The notes under the pieces: generated by a model
Seen by the model: only the letters and a program-made list of their open reading frames with translations
Told to the model about the DNA's origin: nothing
Databases searched by the model: none
Translations under genes and position numbers: made by a program
Source of the DNA: an uncultured delta proteobacterium
GTDB lineage: Bacteria; Desulfobacterota; Binatia; UBA9968
Assembly (NCBI GenBank): GCA_963755715.1
Contig: CAVWLW010000001.1
Span: 32,001 to 96,000 of the forward strand
Length of the DNA: 64,000 bases
Direction: 5' to 3'
Shown here: positions 29,632-39,678 of the stretch, piece after piece
How positions within the stretch are numbered: the first letter of the stretch is position 1
How the letters are laid out: each line of letters starts with the position of its first letter

Positions 29632-30676
29632 ATGAGCGAGAAAACCAACGGTAAGTCGCCACACTTGACCTTTGGCGTCCGGGTTCCCAACTCCGGGCCG
29701 CTGGCGACGGTCGAATCAATGGTCGAAGTCGCTCAGGAAGCGGAGTCTCTCGGTTTCGATTCGGTTTGGGTTCACGATCATCTTACTTGGTCGGACGAAA
29801 TCCATCGCACGCACATTTCATCGGGAGCCGACCATTCGCACCAGAGCAACGAGAGTCCGGACTTTTACGAAGCGATGACTTCACTGCTCGTATCTCGCCG
29901 GACTGGTTCATTCGGTGCGCCTCGGCATCGCTTGCGTTGTGGTCCCCTGTCGCAATCCGCTGCTCGCCGCCAAGCAGATCGCCACCCTCGACGTGCTCTG
30001 CAAAGGCCGACTGGATATCGGCGTCGGCATCGGCTCGCCGTCGACGATCAAGTCGCGTGAATATGAAGTGCTCGGCGTCAATCGCAAACAGCGCGGCAAA
30101 ATCGCCGACGATCACCTGCGCGCGATGAAACGGATTTGGACCACACATCCGTCCAGCTACGAAGGATCGTTTGTGAGTTTTAAAGACGCCGAGATTTGTC
30201 CAAAGCCATTGCAGAAGCCTCATCCGCCACTGTGGGTCGGCGGCTGGACCGAGGCCGCCATGAAACGAGCCGCCGCGCTTGGCGACGGCTGGCTGCCGGC
30301 GTGGCTGCTGCCGGAAGACATTGGCAAGCGCTTTCGCGAGCTCAAGGAAATGGCCGAGCGCCACGGCCGCGATCCGGAAAAAATCCATCTCGGCATCGAA
30401 GTCTACGGCTGCATCGACGAGGATCCGGCCAAAGCGCGGCGCGAGGGCTTCGGCACCCTGGCGATCGGCCAAAGCACCTTCGAGAGATTCATGAGTGTCG
30501 AACAGTTGGCGGAAGTGAGTTTGATCGGCTCACCGGAAGAAATCCGCCGCCGGGTCAAAGCCTACAGCGACGCCGGCGTGTCGCACTTCGAGATCAAGTT
30601 CATCTACCCCAGCCTCGAGCGTCATTCACAAATGCTGCAGCTCTTCGCCCGCGAAGTCTTGGCGGCTTTCAGCTAA
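29632..30676 (+). CDS. LLM-class (luciferase-like) flavin/F420-dependent oxidoreductase, frameshift near 29885
   Basis: AESLGFDSVWVHDH, RNPLLAAKQIATLDVL..GRL, PKPLQKPHPPLWVGG, GDGWLP. Confidence 0.9.
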
Positions 30677-30728
30677 TTTGGTGTCTCTGAAGTTGGCTGA
30701 ACATTCCGCGTCGTGCCGCCCTGTCGTT

Positions 30729-30762
30729 CCTCCCTTTAGCAAAGGGAGGTTAGGAGGGATTT
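30729..30762. repeat. CCTCCCTTT-AGC-AAAGGGAGG hairpin repeat between convergent genes; possible terminator
   Basis: 9-bp perfect stem followed by ttaggaggg. Confidence 0.55.
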
Positions 30763-30847
30763 TTCAAAGTGGGAACACCGGCCAATGTCGGCGTCAGGAT
30801 TCTTAGACGAACTTGACGAGTGCCTCGCCAAAATCACGCAGCGCCGC

Positions 30848-31558
30848 TTATTTGAACTCGCTCAAGAGCCGGCCATAGCCGGGAATGGGATCGCGCATAT
30901 CCATCAGCCGTAGCGCTTCCCACACCCACGCTTGGGTGTTGGTCACCACCGGCTTGCCGTGATCTTTTTCAATACGCTCGATGACCGAGACCGTGCGCCA
31001 CTTGTTGCACGGCAGGTAGATGCCATCCACGTCGGGATGTTCACGCAGCAGCGCGGCCGCCAGCTCATACCCGGTTTCTGGCGCCAACTCCCAAATCACA
31101 TCGGCGTTTGGACAGCCGAGACCGCGAAACGCAACAACGTCGATGCCGTAGTGCGCGAGAAATTTCACCAAGCGCTCATCCTGATCTTCGGGAAACGGCG
31201 ATGCCATCACGATGCGTTTAAGACCAAGGGCCCGGCAGCCGCGCACGACTGCCGTCAGAACTGTGGAAGCCGGCGTCGGCGTGAGGGTCTTGACCAGATC
31301 AAGAATTTCTAAGTCCGATCCGGGCCCTTTGTACGAAAGAAACAACTCTCCTGTGATCATCAGAAAGTCCAACGGCGAGCGCACCAGATCGCGCACAAGA
31401 TCCGCGAACGCCAGCTCGGCCCGATGAAATTCATCGTCCGTATATTTCCCGACTTTCAAAGTCCGTCCTTCGATGCGAATCCCCGCAGGAAAAACCTTGT
31501 ACACATCTTCCAACGTATCCTCGCTCAGATTGGGCGAAATGAGTCCGATTAATTTCAT
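30848..31558 (-). CDS. Maleate cis-trans isomerase / arylmalonate decarboxylase-like (Asp/Glu racemase fold) protein
   Basis: ALGLKRIVMASPF, DGIYLPCNKW, IEKDHGKPVVTNTQA..W, GYGRLL. Confidence 0.8.
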   Translation of the reverse strand: MKLIGLISPNLSEDTLEDVYKVFPAGIRIEGRTLKVGKYTDDEFHRAELAFADLVRDLVRSPLDFLMITGELFLSYKGPGSDLEILDLVKTLTPTPASTVLTAVVRGCRALGLKRIVMASPFPEDQDERLVKFLAHYGIDVVAFRGLGCPNADVIWELAPETGYELAAALLREHPDVDGIYLPCNKWRTVSVIERIEKDHGKPVVTNTQAWVWEALRLMDMRDPIPGYGRLLSEFK

Positions 31559-31635
31559 CCTATTTCTCTCCCTTTTATTTGTTTGACCTCTGCGGCTAGT
31601 CTCGACTAGCTTTAGGCGAATCCAGGAACCGGTCA

Positions 31636-32643
31636 ATGGGCACAACGTTAGGCGCTCGCGTCACGATGGTCTTCTCGTTCGTTGTGGCGGCTATTTTTTT
31701 TCCCGTCCGAGCATCAAGCCAAGAGCGGCTCAAAGTGATCTACAGCCAATTCACCATGACAAACTCGGCGACCTGGTTCGCCCGCGAGGCCGGTCTCTTC
31801 GAGCGCCATGGCCTGATGGCCGATTTAGTTTATGTCGATTCTACCCCGGCCGTGCAAGCGCTCACTGCTGGAGCGGCGCCGGTCGCCACGATGTCCGGCG
31901 GCCTGGCCGTCGGTCCCTATTTGAACGGCTTGGACTTGGTGATGCTCGCCGGCTGGTGCAATTTAAATTCATACCAGCTCATCACGCGTCCCGAGATTCG
32001 CCGGGTCGAAGACCTGCGCGGCAAAGTCATCGGCATTGGCCGCTTCGGCGCCGCCGCCGATTGGGGGCTGCGCTTGATCCTCAGGAAGCTCGGCATCAAT
32101 GAGAATAAGGATGTGCAAATTATCCAGGCCGGCGGCGGCGGTCCATCCACACGCCTCGCCGCGATGGAGGCCAAGAAGCTCGACGCCACCGTGCTCGATT
32201 CGCCGCAGACCGTGCAGGCTCGCCGTTTAGGTTTTCGCGCTTTAGCCGACGGCGTCGAATTGGGTATTCCGTTCTTGCAGGGCGGTTTAGTGACGCGGCG
32301 CGCTTACATTCAAGCTCATGAGGATACGATCCGGCGGCTCGTCCGCGTCATCGTCGAAGCGATTCATTACGCCAAGACCAATCGGGAAGCGGCGCTCAAG
32401 ATCATGCAAAAGTACCTGCGCGTGCAGGATCGCGAAGCTCTCGAAGACGCCTACGAATCTTTCGTGCTCAAACAGTTTCCGCGCGCTCCGTACGCGGTGC
32501 CCGCCGCCGTCCAGATTATCTTCGATCTAGCCGGCGCGCGCGACCCGCGCGCAAAAACCGCCGACCCGCAGGGATTCATCGATATGCGTTTCGTGCGTGA
32601 GATCGAGCAGAGCGGCGCGATCGACCAGCTGTACGGACGTTGA
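31636..32643 (+). CDS. NMT1/THI5-like ABC substrate-binding protein
   Basis: AREAGLFERHGL, DLRGKVIGIGRFG, signal peptide. Confidence 0.88.
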   Translation: MGTTLGARVTMVFSFVVAAIFFPVRASSQERLKVIYSQFTMTNSATWFAREAGLFERHGLMADLVYVDSTPAVQALTAGAAPVATMSGGLAVGPYLNGLDLVMLAGWCNLNSYQLITRPEIRRVEDLRGKVIGIGRFGAAADWGLRLILRKLGINENKDVQIIQAGGGGPSTRLAAMEAKKLDATVLDSPQTVQARRLGFRALADGVELGIPFLQGGLVTRRAYIQAHEDTIRRLVRVIVEAIHYAKTNREAALKIMQKYLRVQDREALEDAYESFVLKQFPRAPYAVPAAVQIIFDLAGARDPRAKTADPQGFIDMRFVREIEQSGAIDQLYGR

Positions 32644-32690
32644 GGACCGCCGTAAAATCCACCTGCTTTTGCGAAATGCTTATGCGAAAA

Positions 32691-33069
32691 TTAGAGTGGC
32701 ACAACATCGACGGTCGCGATTGTCGATCCACGCTCGATGAGCCGTACATCGGTTGGCTGAGCGCTGGGCGGCGGCAACGTCGCCATTTCGTAAAAAATTC
32801 TGGCGCCAGCGGCGTTTCCGGTGCCTTGACGCTCGACGAACTCGGCCACATCTTCGAGATTTTGGCAAAAAATGAACTGCTCACCTCTGGCGAGGACGGG
32901 CACGGTGCGCACGCCGAGTTTAAACAGCTGCGCGCGCCCGGCAGTATCGTTCAGACATCGACGCCGCTGAAGGCGATGCTCCTTTTTTCGAAAGAAACTC
33001 TTTCGTTCCGAGGCAACTGCTTCAACCCGGTTGAGTGAACAAAACAAATTGATCGGCGCCAATTTCCAT
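32691..33069 (-). pseudogene. Selenocysteine (UxxC) glutaredoxin-like gene, multiply frameshifted and 3'-degenerate
   Basis: AGGAG RBS and ATG at 33069: MEIGADQFVLFTQPG-TGA-SSCLGTKEFLSKKG, then in shifted frames IAFSGVDV, LGVRTVPVL, QNLEDVAEFV. Confidence 0.7.
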
Positions 33070-33266
33070 ATCGATTCCGCTCCTGTCGAACACCTACCAA
33101 TGACTTCCGTAGCTTGCAAGTCCAATCCTCATGGGAAATTTTGCGCCGGCATGAATGCTTTTCGCACTGGATAATAAATTTGACCTCCAATGCCGGTCTC
33201 CGATAGGATTTCCTGTCAAAGCAGCGTCGGCAACAATTGTCTAGGCGATCACGAAGGAGTTGCGAG

Positions 33267-34217
33267 ATGAAGCGCACAGGATCAGTGAGCGTTATTCTGT
33301 TGGCGATCAGTCTGTTATTACCTGGAATCACACCCGCAGCCGAGAGCCTCCAGAAAATCCGCGTCGGCCTGCCATCGCTCGCGTTGACCTACATGCCCTA
33401 TTACGTTGCCCAAGAGAAAGGCTTGCTTAGAAAGTCGGGGCTCGAAGCCGAATACATACAGATGAATTCGGGGATCCAGCCGCAAGCGGTCATTGGCGGC
33501 AACATCAATTTTTTTCCATCTTTGTCGACAGGGATCTCAGCCGCGGTTTCCGGCTTGCCATTGGTGGTGGTGCTCAATTTCTACAATATGACGCCGTGGA
33601 TGCTGGTAACCACCAAAGAAGTCAACAAACCGCAGGATCTGATCGGCAAAAAGCTCGCCGTCTCGGGCATCCGAACCTCGCCGCATCAATTCTTGATGGC
33701 GTGGTTCAAAAAGATCGAGTTCAACGAGAAAGACGTCGGCTTTATTATGACCGGCGGCACCGCCTCGAGCTTCGCGTCGCTCGCCAGCGGCCAAGTCGCC
33801 GGCGCCGTGCTAACACCACCCTTCGATGACAAGGCGGTAAGCCTCGGCTTTAAGAAATTCGCGCTTGTCGGCGACCTCGTCGATATTCCGACTTCGGGAT
33901 TGATCGCTTCCCGGGCGGAAGTCACCAACCAGCGCGATCGGGTTCAAAAAACCGTTGCAGCGCTCCTCGAAGCCGTAGCTTGGATACGCGCCAACCGCGC
34001 CGAGTCCGTAAAGATGATCGCGGAGAAGTTTAAGATCACGCCGGCCGAAGCCGAACGCACTCACGAAACCTTCGTCGGCACGTTCAATAAAGACGGCCGC
34101 TTGCCGCTGAAAGTGGCCCGCGGCTATTTGGACTTGCTGCGCCAGGAAAGACCCGTGCCGGCGGATGTCGACCCGCAAAAGTTCCTAGACTTTTCCCTGC
34201 TGCCGGGAGCGAAGTAA
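33267..34217 (+). CDS. NMT1/THI5-like ABC substrate-binding protein
   Basis: PYYVAQEKGL, DLIGKKLAVS, signal peptide. Confidence 0.88.
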   Translation: MKRTGSVSVILLAISLLLPGITPAAESLQKIRVGLPSLALTYMPYYVAQEKGLLRKSGLEAEYIQMNSGIQPQAVIGGNINFFPSLSTGISAAVSGLPLVVVLNFYNMTPWMLVTTKEVNKPQDLIGKKLAVSGIRTSPHQFLMAWFKKIEFNEKDVGFIMTGGTASSFASLASGQVAGAVLTPPFDDKAVSLGFKKFALVGDLVDIPTSGLIASRAEVTNQRDRVQKTVAALLEAVAWIRANRAESVKMIAEKFKITPAEAERTHETFVGTFNKDGRLPLKVARGYLDLLRQERPVPADVDPQKFLDFSLLPGAK

Positions 34218-34287
34218 GCAGGTCGACGGGATTCGCAATCCATCGCCTAGAGGCCAACACCATGCGTTCCCGCGCCATAAAGGTTAT

Positions 34288-35232
34288 ATGAAAAATTTCC
34301 TGCCGGCTTTATTCTTGTTGCTATCCGTTTGCCAACTCGCCCGCGCGGCGGAAGTTCAAGTGGTCACCGTCGCTTTGGTGTCGCCGAGCTGGAATACCGG
34401 CTTACCCACTGCGGTTGCGCGGGGCGCCGGCTTTTTTAAGGAAGAAGGTTTGGATGTCAGACCCGTAACGCTGTCCAGCAGCGGCCCGATCATGATGGCG
34501 CTGCTCATGAGCGGTCACGCGGACTTAGTCATAGCCGGCGCGGTAGCGATCTTGCGCGGCATCTCGCAAAACGCTCCTGTGGTGGTGGTCAGCGGTCATC
34601 TGAATCGAATGAGCTACGCGCTCATGAGCGCCAAGGACTTGAAGACGGTGGCGGATTTGCGCGGCAAGACCATCGGCATTACCGGCATCGGCGGCATGGG
34701 AGAATTTACCGTGGTCGAGTCGTTGCGCCGCAGCGGCTTGGTCAAAGATCGGGATTTTACCGTACTGAATATTGAAGGCGGGCCGGCAGCGCGAATTGCC
34801 GCGCTAAAAACCGGCAAAGTGCAGGCAGTGCCGCTGACACCGGGACAACGCGTGCAGATTGAAAACGAAGGATATCCCGTGCTCTTGGATACCCGCGAGT
34901 CGCTCCCGGAGATTCCTTCGACGATCATCGCGTCGACAAAGGAATTCACCAGCTCCAGCCCGGATAAGATCACGCGTTTTTTACGCGCGCTGTCGAGAGC
35001 GATGGAGCTGATCCGCCGGGACAAAGACAAGGCGATCGCGCTCGGCAAGAGCCAGGGATTGCGCGGCGATCTTGCGCTGGAACGCAAAGCGCTGGACTAT
35101 TACGCCGACGACCTCGACATCCGTCTTAAGAAGGAAAACATCGCCGCGCTTTTGAAACCGATCGGGATTTCGGAAGCGCCGCAAAAATATTTCGATGAAA
35201 GCTTCTTGACGCGGGCCACCGGGCTTCGTTAA
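34288..35232 (+). CDS. NMT1/THI5-like ABC substrate-binding protein
   Basis: GFFKEEGLDV, DLRGKTIGITGIG, signal peptide. Confidence 0.88.
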   Translation: MKNFLPALFLLLSVCQLARAAEVQVVTVALVSPSWNTGLPTAVARGAGFFKEEGLDVRPVTLSSSGPIMMALLMSGHADLVIAGAVAILRGISQNAPVVVVSGHLNRMSYALMSAKDLKTVADLRGKTIGITGIGGMGEFTVVESLRRSGLVKDRDFTVLNIEGGPAARIAALKTGKVQAVPLTPGQRVQIENEGYPVLLDTRESLPEIPSTIIASTKEFTSSSPDKITRFLRALSRAMELIRRDKDKAIALGKSQGLRGDLALERKALDYYADDLDIRLKKENIAALLKPIGISEAPQKYFDESFLTRATGLR

Positions 35233-35250
35233 GAAAGAATCAACATTGTC

Positions 35251-35887
35251 ATGACTCGGAGGTTTCCAATGGACTCAGAACGGACAATCGAACTCGCCGC
35301 GGAGCGCACCGGTCTGATCATCGTCGATATGCAGGCTGAAGGCTGCGCAAGGCACGGACCGGGACTCAAACCGGTGATCAAAAATATTCGCTCTTTATTG
35401 GACCGTTTTCGCGAGGCCGGTGGCAAGATCATCCATATTCAATCGGTCAGGGCGAAAGATCATCCCGAGTTCACTTTCTTTGGCAAGCCCTACTCTCTTC
35501 TCGACAACAGCCCCGCCGTGGAGTTTGTCGACGAATTGAAACCTGATCCGAGCGAGGTCGTCGTCAAAAAATACTCCCATGACTGTTTCTATCAAACGAC
35601 CCTGGAAGATCGCCTCAAAGAGCTCGATCTTCGCCCTTGCAGAGACCACGTGGTCGTCACGGGAATCGGCTCGAACAATTGTGTTTACCACGCGGTTATC
35701 GGCTTTCACATTCGCAACTACATCATCCACGTCCCGGAAGATTGCATCCATGCGAGCCAAGCCGAGGGCCAGCAGTTTGCGCTGAGCCAGTTCCGCTCAC
35801 CCGCATACAATTACAACGTGGGTGTTACCACGATCGGAAAACATCAAGCTTTCGGCAGTCATGGATCGAGCGGCGGTCAATCTTTAA
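35251..35887 (+). CDS. Isochorismatase-family cysteine hydrolase (probable frameshift near 35833; the uncorrected ORF runs to 36003)
   Basis: IIVDMQ, KKYSHDCF and SNNCV supply the D-K-C triad. Confidence 0.85.
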
Positions 35888-36051
35888 GATCGGCTTCGAA
35901 TCGCATCGTTAGCTCGTTCTTGCGCTGGATTAAACCAAGCATACGCTCCAGACTGCGCTGGGCGTTTCCAATGGCCAAGCAAAATCGAGATCCTTTCCCC
36001 TGAAATCAGTATCCTCGCAACGATCGTCCGGCTTTGCTACGATGCCGCTCG

Positions 36052-36849
36052 ATGAAAGCCATCCGTAAAGCGTTGACGATCGCCGGTTCCGACTCCGGCG
36101 CCGGCGCGGGCATTCAAGCCGATCTGAAAACTTTTGCCGCCCTCGGCGTCTACGGCACTTCGGCGCTTACCGCGATCACCGCGCAGAACACGATCGGCGT
36201 AACCCAAGTCTTGGCGTTACATCCGGATCTCGTCGCGGCTGAGATCGACGCGGTCATTTCAGACATCGGCGCGCATGCGCTTAAGACCGGCATGCTGGCC
36301 AATACGGCGATCATTCAAATGGTCGCCAAGAAAATTCAACAGCATCGCTTGAAAAATCTCGTCGTCGATCCGGTGATGGTGGCGACTTCCGGCGACCTGC
36401 TGATCAAAAAAAATGCCGTCACGGCGCTTCGCTCGATTCTAATTCCGCTCGCCGCCGTGGTAACGCCCAATATCCCGGAAGCGGAAGAGCTCACGGGTTT
36501 AAAGCTGCGCACGCCCCAAGACATCGAAGAGGCGGCGCGGCGCATCGTCGAGATGGGCGCTAAGACGGTCGTGATCAAAGGCGGTCATCGCCGCGGACCG
36601 GCGGTGGATTTATTTTTTGACGGGAAAAAATTTCGCTCGCTGCACGCGGCCCGCGTTCGCACCAAGAATACGCACGGCACCGGCTGCACTTTTTCGGCGG
36701 CGATCGCCGCCTACCTCGCTAAAGGCGAAACATCGGCAAGAGCCGTTTCATTGGCCAAGCAGTACATCACCCGCGCCATTCGCGCCGGCTTTGTCGTCGG
36801 CGCCGGTCATAGCCCGGTGCATCATTTTTATCGGTTTTGGAGAAACTAA
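36052..36849 (+). CDS. thiD: Hydroxymethylpyrimidine/phosphomethylpyrimidine kinase
   Basis: LTIAGSDSGAGAGIQADLKTF, VVDPVM, NTHGTGCTFS. Confidence 0.96.
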   Translation: MKAIRKALTIAGSDSGAGAGIQADLKTFAALGVYGTSALTAITAQNTIGVTQVLALHPDLVAAEIDAVISDIGAHALKTGMLANTAIIQMVAKKIQQHRLKNLVVDPVMVATSGDLLIKKNAVTALRSILIPLAAVVTPNIPEAEELTGLKLRTPQDIEEAARRIVEMGAKTVVIKGGHRRGPAVDLFFDGKKFRSLHAARVRTKNTHGTGCTFSAAIAAYLAKGETSARAVSLAKQYITRAIRAGFVVGAGHSPVHHFYRFWRN

Positions 36850-36850
36850 A

Positions 36851-36909
36851 GGTGGAAGATAGAGGATTGAGAATCGCGATCTTCGATCCTCTATCCTCGA
36901 TTCTCACCT
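36851..36909. repeat. 7-nt-period GAGGATA/TATCCTC hairpin between convergent thiD and pyrF
   Basis: ggtggaagatagaggattgagaatcgcgatcttcgatcctctatcctcgattctcacc. Confidence 0.7.
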
Positions 36910-36952
36910 GACATCGACTATCGAAATAGGGCAAATTTAAGACTACCCAGAA

Positions 36953-37708
36953 TTACTTGCCACCGTCTTCCATGTCAGCGACGATCGCGCGCGCAGCGCC
37001 GACTGGATCTTTGGCTTCGAGGATCGGCCGGCCTACGACTATATAATCGACGCCGGCCCGGATCGCTTGGGACGGCGTCATCACCCGCTGCTGATCATTG
37101 CGGTTGGCTTCGGCCGGCCGGATACCCGGCGTCACGATTACGAAACGGCGGCCGCAGGCGGCGCGAATATCAGCAACTTCGTGCGGCGACGCGACCACGC
37201 CGTCCATCCCCGCCTCTTTAGTCAAAAGCGCCAGGCGCACGACTTGATCCGCGACTTTGTGTTCCACCCCGACGCGTTGCAAATCGTCTTGGCCCAGACT
37301 CGTCAACACCGTCACCGCCAGCATGATCGGCCGGCGCAGCTTTGTCCGGCGACAGACGCGCTCCACGTCTTTGGCTGTGGTGCGCATCATCTCGAGACTG
37401 CCCGAGGCGTGGACGTTAAACATCTTGACGCCCAGTCGGGTTGCCTCGATGGCCGCTTTGGCGACCGTGTTGGGAATGTCGTGAAATTTCAAGTCGAGAA
37501 AAATCTCGCCGCCGAGATGCTGAATCAAACGCACCGCCTGCGGCCCGGCATGGGTAAAGAGCTGCTTGCCGATCTTGAACATGCCGACTTCGCGGGCAAG
37601 CAGGCGGACCAATTCTTCCGCTTGTTCGAGATTGTCAACGTCGAGGGCAACGATCAATCGCTCGCGCATGGACCCGTGTCGACGAACCAGCTCGAGCTTG
37701 GAAGCCAT
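36953..37708 (-). CDS. pyrF: Orotidine-5'-phosphate decarboxylase
   Basis: LIVALD, IFLDLKFHDIPNTV, VTPGIRP, VVGRPI. Confidence 0.97.
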   Translation of the reverse strand: MASKLELVRRHGSMRERLIVALDVDNLEQAEELVRLLAREVGMFKIGKQLFTHAGPQAVRLIQHLGGEIFLDLKFHDIPNTVAKAAIEATRLGVKMFNVHASGSLEMMRTTAKDVERVCRRTKLRRPIMLAVTVLTSLGQDDLQRVGVEHKVADQVVRLALLTKEAGMDGVVASPHEVADIRAACGRRFVIVTPGIRPAEANRNDQQRVMTPSQAIRAGVDYIVVGRPILEAKDPVGAARAIVADMEDGGK

Positions 37709-37711
37709 GTT

Positions 37712-39439
37712 TTACGCCTGCAGCGCCTGGTTGACGATCGCGCGAATTTTTGTTGCGCCGTCGGCGACCGGCACCTCTTCGGTCTTGCCCTCGCGGCGCG
37801 AGCGCAGCTCAAGACAACCCTTTTCCAGACCTTTGGCGCCGATGGTGACGCGCAAGGGAATGCCGACCAAGTCGGCGTCCTTGAACTTCACGCCGGGGCG
37901 CTCGTCACGGTCGTCGAGCAAAACTTCCACACCGTGCTTTTGCAGCTCGCCGTAGAGGTTGTCAGTGGCTTCGCGAATCGACTGGTCTTTGTAATTGATC
38001 GGCAACAGTAAGACTTGAAATGGCGCGACGGAAAACGGCCAGATGATGCCGTTCGCGTCGTGATTTTGTTCGATGGCGGCGGCAACTAGGCGGCTCACGC
38101 CAATGCCGTAGCAGCCCATCTCGATCGGCCGTTCGCGTCCCTCGGCGTCGAGATAGGTAGCGCCCATAGCGACGCTGTATTTTGTGCCGAGATAAAATAC
38201 TTGGCCGACTTCGATGCCGCGATGCGCTTCGAGCCGGCCGTGCTCACAGCGTGGGCAGGGATCGCCGGCGATCGCGAGTCTCAGATCCGCGAACACCGTC
38301 GGCGTAAAGTCACGCTCCTGATCGACGTTGATGAAGTGGGCGTTGGGCTCGTTGGCGCCGGTGACCGCCGCGCGCATACCGTGCACCGAGAGGTCGGCCA
38401 GGACGCGGAGCTTTAAGCCGATCGGCCCGAGAAATCCCGGTGCCACGCCGATGGCCGTGGCGACTGAAGCTTCATCCGCCAAAGCAATCTCGCGACAGCC
38501 TAAAACCGTCTTGAGCTTGAGCTCGTTGACCTCGTGGTCGCCGCGCGCGAGAACGGCGACGAACTCGCCGCTATCGGTCCTGTAGACCAGCGTCTTGATA
38601 AAATTTTCGCTCGGCAGCTTGAGATACTCGGCCACTTCGGCGACGCTTTTCTTTCCCGGCGTGGAAACTTTTTCCAGCTTGGGCGACACTTCGGCGATGT
38701 CGCGCCCGGTGGGGCGAGCGGCTTTGACTTCCGCCTTTTCCACGTTGGCGGCATAATCGCAGGTATTGCAGCTTACGATGGCGTCTTCGCCGGACTCCGC
38801 GAGCACTTGAAATTCATGGGATTGACTTCCTCCGATCGTGCCGGTGTCGGCTTCAACGGGCCGAAAGCGCAAACCGCAACGGCTGAAGATCCGCTTATAG
38901 GTTTGGTACATGTTGTCGTATTCCCGGCGGCAGTCTTCGACATCCGTGTGAAAACTGTAAGCGTCCTTCATGATGAATTCGCGACCGCGCATCAAGCCGA
39001 AGCGGGGCCGTGGTTCGTCGCGAAATTTTGTTTGAATCTGATAAAGATTGAACGGCAGCTCGCGATAGGAGCGCACGGAACGGCGCACCAAATCGGTGAC
39101 AATTTCTTCGTGGGTCGGACCGAGACAGAAGTCGCGCTCATTGCGATCTTTGAAACGCAAGAGCTCTTTACCGTACATCTCCCATCGGCCGCTCTCCTGC
39201 CAAAGTTCCGCCGGCGCCGTGATCGGCATGAGCAGCTCCTGGGCGCCCGCCCGGTTCATTTCCTCTCGGACAATTTGCTCGATCTTGCGAATGACGCGCA
39301 GCGCCAAAGGAAAGTAGTCATAGACGCCGCGGCTCACTTGCCGAATAAAGCCGGCACGGACCAGAAGCTTGTGGCTGATGACTTCGGCGTCAGCCGGATC
39401 TTCTTTGAGCGTGGGTATGAGGATTTTGCTCCAACGCAT
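37712..39439 (-). CDS. proS: Proline--tRNA ligase with editing insertion domain
   Basis: LGPTHEE, QTKFRDEPRPRFGLMRGREFIMKDAYSF, MGCYGIGVSR. Confidence 0.97.
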   Translation of the reverse strand: MRWSKILIPTLKEDPADAEVISHKLLVRAGFIRQVSRGVYDYFPLALRVIRKIEQIVREEMNRAGAQELLMPITAPAELWQESGRWEMYGKELLRFKDRNERDFCLGPTHEEIVTDLVRRSVRSYRELPFNLYQIQTKFRDEPRPRFGLMRGREFIMKDAYSFHTDVEDCRREYDNMYQTYKRIFSRCGLRFRPVEADTGTIGGSQSHEFQVLAESGEDAIVSCNTCDYAANVEKAEVKAARPTGRDIAEVSPKLEKVSTPGKKSVAEVAEYLKLPSENFIKTLVYRTDSGEFVAVLARGDHEVNELKLKTVLGCREIALADEASVATAIGVAPGFLGPIGLKLRVLADLSVHGMRAAVTGANEPNAHFINVDQERDFTPTVFADLRLAIAGDPCPRCEHGRLEAHRGIEVGQVFYLGTKYSVAMGATYLDAEGRERPIEMGCYGIGVSRLVAAAIEQNHDANGIIWPFSVAPFQVLLLPINYKDQSIREATDNLYGELQKHGVEVLLDDRDERPGVKFKDADLVGIPLRVTIGAKGLEKGCLELRSRREGKTEEVPVADGATKIRAIVNQALQA

Positions 39440-39678
39440 AACGTTGTCTGACGATTCGTAAGATTGACTGCGGCTTGCGCACTTTGTTTAGCGCCGGTTC
39501 CTAGCGCTGCGCTTCGTCAATGAAGTCAGTGTTTACCACAAAACGCACAAAGGACGCGAAGGTTTCGGATAAAAAGAAGTTTGGCCTTCGTGCCATTGGC
39601 GATAAAAACTTCCGTCTTGTTCCTCGGCCGCGGCGCCGCCGCGCGATATCGAGCTGATTGGGAAAGGGAAGAGAGCAA

